64,000 nt of DNA from positions 2,172 to 66,171 of the forward strand of contig JAFZXM010000028.1 in NCBI GenBank assembly GCA_017616775.1, in the 5' to 3' direction. Position numbers and translations under genes: made by a program. This document shows, in pieces, positions 56,630 through 64,000 of the stretch. A model generated the notes under the pieces. That model did no database searches, was not told the DNA's origin, and saw nothing but the letters and a program-made list of their open reading frames with translations. The DNA is from Bacteroidales bacterium (GTDB lineage Bacteria > Bacteroidota > Bacteroidia > Bacteroidales > WCHB1-69). The first letter of the stretch is position 1; the number at the start of each line of letters is the position of its first letter.

Positions 56630-57544
56630 TTACCAATTCTTTTTCTTGCTTGTGTCAAATAAAAATTCTTTTTCTTCTTTGCTTAAACTTTGATAACCGT
56701 TTTTGGCTACCTTATCCAATATTTCATCAACTTTTTTACGGTATCGTGCGCGTTCTGCATTGTAGCTTTCGTCACTTTGGGGCCTGCTTTGATGAGGGGG
56801 CGGGGTGTGGGAAGATGTGCGTTTCCATGTGGAAGACAAGGCGAATTTGTTTTTTAAATAGGGAAACATCACATAGCAGCATCCGAAAAGGGCTCCGCCC
56901 AAGTGGGCAAAATGACCTCCCGAATTGCCTTGCGGAATACTCAAAATATCAATAATGACAAATATGACGGCAATCCATTTGAGTTTGATATTGCCCAAAA
57001 ACAGCATATTGATATTGTAATCGGGTGCTTTGCAGGCTATTGCCACCAATATGGCCATAATGGCTCCCGATGCGCCTACGGCATAAGACGATGCCCTTAC
57101 CGCCTCAAAAACAGGGAAATAGTTATAAGACAATATGTAAAGCAAATTCCCTATAATGCCACCGGTGAAATATACGGTATATAATTGTTTGTCAGAAAAG
57201 TGCCGGGTAAAAAAAGTGCCTGCAAAATAAAGGGTGAACATGTTGAAAAGTATATGCGGAAAGTTGGCGTGCACAAACAGGCTGGTGATTAAAGTCCAGG
57301 GTTTGACAAGCACTTGTTCCCAATTGGAACTTACTGCAAACCAATTCCATATCCAAGAAGAGCCGGCAGTGGTGTGTCCGGCATATAAAAAATTGGTCAC
57401 AGAGCCCAACAATTGTAATGCCAAACATACCAGATATACTGTTACATTAATGGAAATCAATCTGTTAAGAGCGCGTTTGGAGGTGAAAAACGCTTTGATA
57501 CGATATTTCCATTGCGGATTGCCGAAACGATTAAATTCTGTCAT
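56630..57544 (-). CDS. rhomboid-family intramembrane serine protease with a cytoplasmic C-terminal tail
   Basis: HANFPHILFNM, catalytic GASGAIMAIL and AHLGGALFG, plus a ~70-aa charged tail. Confidence 0.85.
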   Translation of the reverse strand: MTEFNRFGNPQWKYRIKAFFTSKRALNRLISINVTVYLVCLALQLLGSVTNFLYAGHTTAGSSWIWNWFAVSSNWEQVLVKPWTLITSLFVHANFPHILFNMFTLYFAGTFFTRHFSDKQLYTVYFTGGIIGNLLYILSYNYFPVFEAVRASSYAVGASGAIMAILVAIACKAPDYNINMLFLGNIKLKWIAVIFVIIDILSIPQGNSGGHFAHLGGALFGCCYVMFPYLKNKFALSSTWKRTSSHTPPPHQSRPQSDESYNAERARYRKKVDEILDKVAKNGYQSLSKEEKEFLFDTSKKKNW

Positions 57545-58405
57545 TTAATATTCCCAATGTTGTTTTGCTTTCTTTTTCCAATACAATATGAGCAATAATC
57601 CAAAAAGCATGCCACCGAGGTGTGCAAAATGAGCAACGCCGTCGGCAGTTCCGCTGATACCATATATCAGTTCAATCAATCCATATACAATGACAAACCA
57701 TTTGGCTTTGACAGGAATTAAAAAATAGACATATATCAGCGAATTGGGAAACATCATTCCAAATGCCAAAAGCAATCCGAACACACTTCCCGAAGCACCT
57801 ACTATATTCGGTCGGCTTACATAATATTCTCTGTATTGAATTAAATATTCGTTAACGGCAGATTTGGCTTCAGCTGTATTGACACCCGATTCCAATTGTG
57901 TGACATATTGTTTGAAATGCTCAAATCCGAGAGCCAATTCTGAATTAAAGCCGTCAAAGGCAAACCGGTGATGCTGTGCCAGAGCTTGAATATTGGCAAC
58001 GGTAGGGTCTGCAATACAGGCGTCAATATATCGCAGGGCAGGAATCAATTCCCATGCCACTATGGCGTAATGCGCTATGGCGGCGCCTATGCCGGTGATA
58101 AAATAATATATCAAAAAACGCTTGCTTCCCCAATAATTTTCAATCGCCGACCCGAACATCCACAAGGCAAACATATTGAAAAACAAATGCCCGAAATTGC
58201 CGTGCATGAACATATAGGTGATAAATTGATGCGGATGAAACAATTCAGATTCATAAAAATGCAAGCCGAACAAGCCGTACATGTCTATGCCGAATCGTTG
58301 CGCGGCGATGGTGGCTAAAAAGAACAAACCATTGATGATGAGAATATTCTTTACGGCAGGTGGAAGAATGGAAAACCCTTGCGGACTGTAATAATTGTCG
58401 TTCAT
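57545..58405 (-). CDS. rhomboid-family intramembrane serine protease
   Basis: Start at MNDNYYSP (ATG 58405). HGNFGHLFFNM, GASGSVFGLL and AHLGGMLFG. Abuts the next rhomboid gene with no gap. Confidence 0.85.
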   Translation of the reverse strand: MNDNYYSPQGFSILPPAVKNILIINGLFFLATIAAQRFGIDMYGLFGLHFYESELFHPHQFITYMFMHGNFGHLFFNMFALWMFGSAIENYWGSKRFLIYYFITGIGAAIAHYAIVAWELIPALRYIDACIADPTVANIQALAQHHRFAFDGFNSELALGFEHFKQYVTQLESGVNTAEAKSAVNEYLIQYREYYVSRPNIVGASGSVFGLLLAFGMMFPNSLIYVYFLIPVKAKWFVIVYGLIELIYGISGTADGVAHFAHLGGMLFGLLLILYWKKKAKQHWEY

Positions 58406-58605
58406 GAATGTGTGTTGTAAAATAAAATAACGTAATTCGGCCGTTTTATTGTATAGGACCAATAAAAATTATTAACAGCCGCTTTTTGTCCCCCGAATGC
58501 GGCAAAAGGCGGGAAAAACAGCAGCAAGGCGGTGCCTTTCATTTTTATCTGCTGTTATTTTTGCAAATATAGGTCTATAGTTTTTTTGTATATATGCAAT
58601 AAGTG

Positions 58606-58613
58606 TATCTTTG
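58606..58613 (+). promoter_or_regulatory. -7 box TATCTTTGCA for the response-regulator/trmD unit (a second box, TATTTTTGCA, lies at 58556-58563)
   Basis: 75 nt upstream of the ATG at 58688. There are two exact extended motifs 50 nt apart. Confidence 0.5.
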
Positions 58614-58687
58614 CATTTTCAACAGTAGGCGGTAAAGACATCATCAGAAGGGGTGTTTTTTTCGGCAAATGAAAACGGGAGCAAAAA

Positions 58688-59395
58688 ATGAAAAACGCAA
58701 AATACAGAATATTGCTTGTAGATGATGAATCGGACATATTGGATTTTATCAGCTATAATCTCACTAAAGAAGGATATCTGGTGGATACGGCCACCAATGG
58801 GACCGATGCATTGCAAAAAATGGCGGAACTTAAGCCGCATTTGGTGCTTTTGGATGTGATGATGCCCGGAATTGACGGCTTTGAAGTATGCAAAGCCATC
58901 CGCATGCAAAAGCAATATAACGATGTGCTGATAGCTTTTTTGTCGGCAAGGAGTGAAGATTATTCTCAAATAGAAGGTTTTGAATCGGGAGCGGATGATT
59001 ACATAGCCAAGCCTATCAGGCCTAAGGTATTGGTATCCAAGGTGCAGTCCTTATTGAGGCGGTCATCGTTTGTAAAACGTTCTTTGCGTAACAGTTCGTT
59101 TTATAGTCAGGGAAGCATTCATTTGAAGAATTTGGTGATAGATGTGGAAAATTATACCGTAAGCCACGAGGGGGATACTTTTGTTTTGCCCCGTAAGGAA
59201 TTCGAACTTTTATATCTGTTGGCATCCAAGCCTTCCAAGGTGTTCCGCAGGGAGGAGATATATGCCGCGGTATGGGGCGATGAGGTGGTGGTAGGAGACA
59301 GAACCATAGACGTGCATGTACGCCGTTTGCGGGAAAAATTGGGAATAGACAATATCATCACCATCAAAGGTGTGGGGTATAAATACGAAGAATGA
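58688..59395 (+). CDS. OmpR/PhoB-family response regulator (no adjacent histidine kinase)
   Basis: Receiver [14 protein letters not shown]...[17 protein letters not shown] and winged helix ...[14 protein letters not shown]...IKGVGYKY. Confidence 0.9.
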   Translation: MKNAKYRILLVDDESDILDFISYNLTKEGYLVDTATNGTDALQKMAELKPHLVLLDVMMPGIDGFEVCKAIRMQKQYNDVLIAFLSARSEDYSQIEGFESGADDYIAKPIRPKVLVSKVQSLLRRSSFVKRSLRNSSFYSQGSIHLKNLVIDVENYTVSHEGDTFVLPRKEFELLYLLASKPSKVFRREEIYAAVWGDEVVVGDRTIDVHVRRLREKLGIDNIITIKGVGYKYEE

Positions 59396-60075
59396 TGCAT
59401 GTGGATATTTTGACATTGTTTCCGGAGATGTTCGCCGGTTTTTTTGATTGTTCCATACTCAAAAGGGCGCAACAGAACAATTTGTTTGAATACGAACTGC
59501 ACAATATACGGGATTATTCCACCGACAAGCATAAAAAAGTGGATGATTATCCTTATGGCGGGGAATCGGGAATGGTGATGAAAATAGAGCCCATAGCCGC
59601 TTGTATAGAGCATTTGTTTACACTTCGCACTTACGACCATGTGATATTTCTCACCCCCGACGGGGAAGTGCTCAGCCAATCCATGGCCAATGAACTTTCC
59701 ATGTGCAATAATCTGATGATGTTGTGCGGGCATTATAAAGGGATAGACGAGCGGATAAGGGAAATATTTATCACCAAAGAAATCTCCATAGGCGATTATG
59801 TGCTTTCGGGAGGGGAGCTGCCTGCAGCGGTGTTGTGCGACACCCTGGTGCGGCTCATTCCCGGAGTGTTGCATGATGAAACTTCCGCCTTGAGCGATTC
59901 ATTCCAATATGGAGTATTGTCCCCGCCGGTTTACACCCGGCCGTACAATTACAAAGGGCATACCGTGCCCGATGTGTTGCTTTCGGGCAATGATAAATTA
60001 ATAACGGAATGGAAGCTGCAAAAATCGGAAGAGCGCACGCATAAAAACAGGCCGGATTTGTTTTCGGGAGAGTAA
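59392..60075 (+). CDS. trmD: tRNA (guanine37-N1)-methyltransferase
   Basis: [13 protein letters not shown]..., [24 protein letters not shown] and [14 protein letters not shown]. The start overlaps the response-regulator stop (ATGA). Confidence 0.9.
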   Translation: MMHVDILTLFPEMFAGFFDCSILKRAQQNNLFEYELHNIRDYSTDKHKKVDDYPYGGESGMVMKIEPIAACIEHLFTLRTYDHVIFLTPDGEVLSQSMANELSMCNNLMMLCGHYKGIDERIREIFITKEISIGDYVLSGGELPAAVLCDTLVRLIPGVLHDETSALSDSFQYGVLSPPVYTRPYNYKGHTVPDVLLSGNDKLITEWKLQKSEERTHKNRPDLFSGE

Positions 60076-60107
60076 CCGGCGAAAAAAACAAGAATACAGC
60101 CCCATGC

Positions 60108-60146
60108 GTGCCCGCTTGTGTTAGCGGTCAGCAGTTTTTTTTTATT
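60108..60146 (+). terminator. probable terminator after trmD
   Basis: Short stem CCGCT/AGCGG (extendable with TGC/GCA) followed by a T9 run. The stem is weaker than in the other terminators listed. Confidence 0.4.
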
Positions 60147-60247
60147 TTATTTCCGCCTTATCTCTTTATTTTTCAGCAGGCAGCCTGTTATTTTATGATT
60201 TTTTGTTTTTTTGACACGCAAAATTTTGTTTTCTCAATAAAAAGTGC

Positions 60248-60255
60248 TATCTTTG
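60248..60255 (+). promoter_or_regulatory. -7 box TATCTTTGCA for the lipoprotein-radA unit
   Basis: 38 nt upstream of the ATG at 60293. Confidence 0.5.
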
Positions 60256-60292
60256 CACGTTTTTAAATTTTGACGATAAAAGGACTTTAAAT

Positions 60293-60715
60293 ATGAAAAT
60301 AGCAAGAAGATTATTATTAGCCGTAAGTGTATTAATGGTGTTGAGTTTGACAAGCTGTGTCGGTTCAAAAGAGAAAAAAATTCAAGGACAATGGGAAAGA
60401 TACAACACATCTTTGAATTATTTTGTAGTCGATACACTCAAACAGGAAATGTGGGATTTTGACAATGGTAACCTTACCATTTATGGCAGAGATTCTGTTA
60501 ATCATACCATGTTTGTAATAGCAGATTTCAAATATAGTATGAGTTTGTCTAAAGGAAAAGTGGCCGTTACCATTCAGGCAAAAGATAAAAATACGGAAGT
60601 GCCTCCTGCATTGCAGGCGTCGTATATGGGCGAAGCACGTATTTACAAGCTGAAAGATGACGCTTTTGCCATGAAAGGAGTGGAAACCCTTATCTATTAC
60701 GAATTCTACCGTTAG
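60293..60715 (+). CDS. small hypothetical lipoprotein
   Basis: MKIARRLLLAVSVLMVLSLTSCVGSK (lipobox). 140 aa, beta-rich, no recognisable domain. Confidence 0.65.
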   Translation: MKIARRLLLAVSVLMVLSLTSCVGSKEKKIQGQWERYNTSLNYFVVDTLKQEMWDFDNGNLTIYGRDSVNHTMFVIADFKYSMSLSKGKVAVTIQAKDKNTEVPPALQASYMGEARIYKLKDDAFAMKGVETLIYYEFYR

Positions 60716-60716
60716 T

Positions 60717-62066
60717 ATGGCTAAATCCAAAAGTGTATACTATTGCCAAAATTGCGGGGCGCAATCAGCAACATGGCTCGGTCGCTGTAACGCATGCGGA
60801 CAATGGAACACTTTTGTGGAGGAGGTGATACACAAAGAAACAAAAAATACCAAACAGCCGGCAGCAAATAATGGCAAGCCGCGCCTATTGAGCGAAATTG
60901 CGGAAAGCGATTTCGCTCGTATAGTTTCTAATGTAGCCGAAGTGGATAGAGTGTTGGGCGGCGGTATAGTCCCCGGCTCGGTGATATTGTTGGGCGGAGA
61001 TCCCGGCATAGGCAAGTCCACCCTGATGTTGCAATTGGCAATGAGGCTTGCGGAGGTGAAAATATTGTATGTATCGGGAGAGGAGAGCGCCTCGCAAATA
61101 AAATTGCGTGCCATGCGTATGAGCGATAAGGCAAGCGATAATTTTTACATATTGAACGAAACCGATATGGCAACTATATTTTCTCACATAGAAAATCTGA
61201 AACCGCAAATGTTGATAGTGGATTCCATACAGACCTTGCAGACTTCAAGTTTGGAATCTTCGGCAGGAACGGTATCCCAAATACGGGAAACGGCTGCTCA
61301 ATTACAACAATTTGCCAAAAATACAGGGGTTCCCGTGTTTTTGATAGGGCATATCACCAAAGACGGAGTGATAGCCGGTCCCAAGGTTTTGGAACATATT
61401 GTGGACGTGGTGTTGCAATTTGAAGGCGATAGCCATTATATGTACCGGATGTTGAGAGCGGTAAAAAACCGTTTCGGCTCCACCTCGGAAATAGGCATAT
61501 TTGAAATGACGCAAGCAGGTTTGAAAGAAATATCCAATCCTTCGGAAATGCTTATTTCGCACCACGGGGAGGAGGTGTCGGGAGTGGCGGTGACCTGCGC
61601 CATGGAAGGCATGCGCCCCATGATGTTGGAGATACAAACATTGGTGGCGCCGGCCGTGTATGGCAGCCCGCAACGGTCGGCCACAGGGTTTGACGTCCGC
61701 CGCTTGAATATGTTGTTGGCCGTTTTGGATAAAAAATGCGGCTTTAAATTCGGAACACAAGATGTATTTTTGAATGTGGCAGGCGGCATCAAAACATATG
61801 ACACCGCCTCCGATTTGGCAGTAGTGGCAGCGCTGTTGTCTTCTGTAACAGATATAGCCGTCAGCGGGAAAGTGTGTTTTGCCGGCGAAATCAGTTTGTC
61901 GGGTGAAATACGCCCCGTCACACGCATGCAACAGCGTATCAATGAGGCGGCAAAATTGGGCTATCAACGGATATTTATAGCCGATACGGGCAAGGAAACG
62001 GCTAAAGGAATAGAAGTTGTCCGGGTATCGAAGATAGCCGATATGTTAAAAAAATTGTTTGAATAA
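60717..62066 (+). CDS. radA: DNA repair protein RadA (Sms)
   Basis: Zinc finger YYCQNCGAQSATWLGRCNACGQW, Walker A LLGGDPGIGKSTL, KNRFG and a Lon-like C-terminal domain. Confidence 0.95.
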   Translation: MAKSKSVYYCQNCGAQSATWLGRCNACGQWNTFVEEVIHKETKNTKQPAANNGKPRLLSEIAESDFARIVSNVAEVDRVLGGGIVPGSVILLGGDPGIGKSTLMLQLAMRLAEVKILYVSGEESASQIKLRAMRMSDKASDNFYILNETDMATIFSHIENLKPQMLIVDSIQTLQTSSLESSAGTVSQIRETAAQLQQFAKNTGVPVFLIGHITKDGVIAGPKVLEHIVDVVLQFEGDSHYMYRMLRAVKNRFGSTSEIGIFEMTQAGLKEISNPSEMLISHHGEEVSGVAVTCAMEGMRPMMLEIQTLVAPAVYGSPQRSATGFDVRRLNMLLAVLDKKCGFKFGTQDVFLNVAGGIKTYDTASDLAVVAALLSSVTDIAVSGKVCFAGEISLSGEIRPVTRMQQRINEAAKLGYQRIFIADTGKETAKGIEVVRVSKIADMLKKLFE

Positions 62067-62116
62067 ACAGGCATGTAAAAAATGCCGGCAATCGGTTTTA
62101 GTATCATTTTTTTTAG

Positions 62117-62124
62117 TATTTTTG
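62117..62124 (+). promoter_or_regulatory. -7 box TATTTTTGCA for yebC
   Basis: 24 nt upstream of the ATG at 62148. The track start at 62082 precedes the box. Confidence 0.5.
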
Positions 62125-62147
62125 CATTTCTTAAAATAATTAGTAAT

Positions 62148-62858
62148 ATGGGAAGAGCATTTGAATATAGAAAAGCAAGAAAATTTAAACGTTGGGGAAA
62201 CATGGCAAGAGTATTTACCCGTTTGGGTAAAGAAATAACAATGGCGGCAAAGGCAGGAGGAGGAGATCCTGATTCCAACCCTCGTTTACGTTTGCTTGTC
62301 CAAAATGCACGTTCGGAAAATATGCCGAAAGAAAATGTAGAACGTGCCATCAAAAGAGCTTTTGAAAAAGACACTTCCGACTATAAAGAAATAGTATATG
62401 AAGGATATGCCCCTCACGGCATAGCCTTGGTGATAGAAACAGCTACCGATAATCATCAGCGTACGGTGGCAAACATACGTTCTTATTTCAACAAGTTGGG
62501 CGGCAATTTGGGTACACAGGGTATGTTGGATTTTTTGTTTGACCGCAAATGCAGTTTTAAAGTGGCAGGCAAAGAAGGTGTGGATTTGGAAGAGTTGGAA
62601 TTGTCGTTAATTGATTATGGCGTGGAAGAAGTGTTTGAAGATGAAGGCGATATTATGATATATGCCGATTTTCAATCCTTCGGACCTGTACAAAAATATT
62701 TGGAAGACAATGGTTTTGAAATCAAATCGTTCCAATTTGAACGTATTCCCAACGATACCAAAGAAGTTACGGACGAACAAAGGGAAGAAGTGGAAAAATT
62801 GATAGAAAAATTGGAAGAAGACGACGATGTTACCAATGTATTCCACAATATGCGATAG
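62148..62858 (+). CDS. yebC: YebC/PmpR-family DNA-binding regulator
   Basis: MGRAFEYRKARKFKRWGNMARVFTRLGKEI...GGDPDSNPRLR...YEGYAPHGIA... Confidence 0.9.
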   Translation: MGRAFEYRKARKFKRWGNMARVFTRLGKEITMAAKAGGGDPDSNPRLRLLVQNARSENMPKENVERAIKRAFEKDTSDYKEIVYEGYAPHGIALVIETATDNHQRTVANIRSYFNKLGGNLGTQGMLDFLFDRKCSFKVAGKEGVDLEELELSLIDYGVEEVFEDEGDIMIYADFQSFGPVQKYLEDNGFEIKSFQFERIPNDTKEVTDEQREEVEKLIEKLEEDDDVTNVFHNMR

Positions 62859-62882
62859 CCCTGTAAAATAAAAAATACAAAG

Positions 62883-62915
62883 AAGAGACGGTTGAAAAAC
62901 TGTCTCTTTTTTTTT
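62883..62915 (+). terminator. Rho-independent terminator after yebC
   Basis: Stem AGAGACGG/CTGTCTCT (one G-U pair) with loop TTGAAAAA, followed by a T8 run. Confidence 0.7.
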
Positions 62916-63142
62916 GTCGGGAAATTTTGGATGATGCAGGATTGTTGGATTTATTGGCGTACTATTGGAATAGCAAGGGCAAAATCAGTAATAGGAATGA
63001 ACAATTTGATTTATAACATGTGTCGTTACGAACAGATAGTACGTTTGAAACTTTTTCAATCTCAAGTATTGTGTATATAACTTATTGACATATAATATAA
63101 TAAAAAAATTGAAGAAAGGAGGATTCGTATTAAAATTTTGTT

Positions 63143-63150
63143 TAACTTTG
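63143..63150 (+). promoter_or_regulatory. -7 box TAACTTTGCA for the terminal lipoprotein pair
   Basis: 114 nt upstream of the ATG at 63264. Confidence 0.4.
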
Positions 63151-63263
63151 CAAGTTGAAAAACAACCCTTTTGTTGTGGTTTGGATAGTTCTAATGCAGC
63201 CTCTGCTGTCAAAAACTTCGATGAAAGGAAAAATTAGTAAAAATTAGAGGTTGCCTATAAAAT

Positions 63264-63704
63264 ATGCAGGGCAGAGATAGTAAAATAACCATTTTTTTGT
63301 TGGTAATAGTAGTAATGTGTTTCGGTTGTCAAAAAAATGAAGTAACAGAAATTAAAAAAATGAGGAAAGAAGGGCAGCAACCTTTCAAATATCAGTTGCA
63401 GTGGTGTGTGACACAAGATGGGAAAAACGGTTATTTATGTACCGGTCCGGTAGCAGTTGTCGCAACACTTCGATGTACATCACCTCATCCATGTACTCCC
63501 TTTGAAAGTCCTGGAGATCAGCCACCGACCTCAGTTTCTAATGAGAGGGCTGAATTTCTATATATGGATATACTTGAAAATTATGGATATTTTCCTAATG
63601 ACAGATCTTTTATTCTACAATATTGGGATTTATATCAATATTTTTACGAAAAAGGAGAAATATTACAATCACCAGAAGAATTATATCAGTTGGCGGATGA
63701 GTAA
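63264..63704 (+). CDS. hypothetical Cys-rich small lipoprotein
   Basis: 146 aa. Hydrophobic N-terminus ending MCFGCQKNE. Cys-rich stretch WCVTQDGKNGYLCTGPVAVVATLRCTSPHPCTPF. No recognisable domain. Confidence 0.5.
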   Translation: MQGRDSKITIFLLVIVVMCFGCQKNEVTEIKKMRKEGQQPFKYQLQWCVTQDGKNGYLCTGPVAVVATLRCTSPHPCTPFESPGDQPPTSVSNERAEFLYMDILENYGYFPNDRSFILQYWDLYQYFYEKGEILQSPEELYQLADE

Positions 63705-64000
63705 ATATAAAAAAATAAGAATATACACATTGTCGGTTTTGTTGTGTTCGGTTGTATTATATGATTGCAAGTCCGATAAGCCCGATATAAGCTATACTAT
63801 TACATCAGATACACTTGACATAATACCGCCTTTTAGCGGATATGGATTTTATGAAAGTGATCGGGACAGCATTTATTTCTATTGTAAACCCAAGGCTTGT
63901 GATTCATTATGGTTGTATGTATTGACGGATAGCGGGTGGACATTTTGTGATAAGTTAAAAATACCTGAAATATATGCAGATACGGTGGATGCCGATTGTG
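63697..64000 (+). CDS. hypothetical lipoprotein, 3' end outside the window
   Basis: Not in the ORF track because there is no stop inside the window. The ATG at 63697 overlaps the previous stop (GATGAGTAA). It reads MSKYKKIRIYTLSVLLCSVVLYDCKSDKPDISYTITSDTLDIIPPFSGYGFYESD... and stays open to nt 64000. Confidence 0.45.
   Translation, partial: MSKYKKIRIYTLSVLLCSVVLYDCKSDKPDISYTITSDTLDIIPPFSGYGFYESDRDSIYFYCKPKACDSLWLYVLTDSGWTFCDKLKIPEIYADTVDADC

Noticed and set aside
55531-58405. Rhomboid-rhomboid-EEP phosphatase/nuclease trio, considered as a possible novel membrane system.
   Set aside because: All three have canonical catalytic motifs. From my recollection, tandem rhomboids followed by an EEP protein is a common conserved housekeeping arrangement in Bacteroidota. 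Nothing in the sequence departs from it.
62892-63212. Small ORFs in gene-free spacers (62892..63080 +, 62985..63212 -, 23576..23830 +, 23722..23943 +, 29656..29853 +, 27265..27522 +), considered as missed genes.
   Set aside because: They have non-ATG or poorly placed starts and no promoter box in the right position, and their translations are low-complexity or odd. Several run through a terminator, a tRNA gene or another gene's start.
1-64000. Search for CRISPR arrays, transposases/IS elements, integrases, prophage or conjugative genes, including integration next to the tRNA at 23921.
   Set aside because: There is no regularly spaced direct-repeat array. No ORF has DDE, tyrosine or serine recombinase motifs. 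The tRNA is followed by a terminator and a core helicase gene, with no duplicated tRNA 3' end.

Overview
This window is a compact, low-GC chromosomal segment that is clearly from Bacteroidota. The evidence is the TAnnTTTG(CA) -7 promoter boxes in front of most transcription units, a full-length sprA (T9SS translocon), and cargo proteins with both type-A and type-B T9SS C-terminal domains. I found no rRNA, CRISPR array, transposase, integrase or phage genes. Main blocks: (1) 1-3285, two secreted proteins, a beta-helix T9SS cargo and a DUF1566-type protein with an internal CTD-like domain. (2) 3402-18831, one 15.4-kb minus-strand gene string, parE-ruvB-pssA-wza-wzc-rfbC-(saccharopine/alanine-dehydrogenase-like)-wzx-(two ATP-grasp amidoligases)-GT4-GT2-DegT aminotransferase. 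(3) 19590-29729, housekeeping genes: VWA protein, rlmD, MFS transporter, tRNA-CAU, AddA-like helicase-nuclease, Omp85-like protein, lspA, DksA/TraR. (4) 29968-32866, a two-gene outer-membrane module whose large barrel carries a ComEA-like helix-hairpin-helix domain, convergent with a malic enzyme-ruvA-sprA operon at 32897-42309. (5) 42539-54870, a GT-C/TPR membrane glycosyltransferase-like gene followed by two tandem, diverged ~1600-aa PKD-array proteins with type-B (gliding-motility) CTDs. (6) 55029-55509, decayed relics of a paralog of block 1. (7) 55531-64000, EEP nuclease/phosphatase, two rhomboids, an orphan response regulator coupled to trmD, radA, yebC and small lipoproteins. The candidates most worth follow-up are the GT-C/TPR plus giant PKD adhesin cluster, the HhH-bearing outer-membrane barrel pair next to sprA, and the amidoligase/opine-dehydrogenase-like content of the polysaccharide locus. 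All functional calls come from reading motifs by eye. No database search was run.
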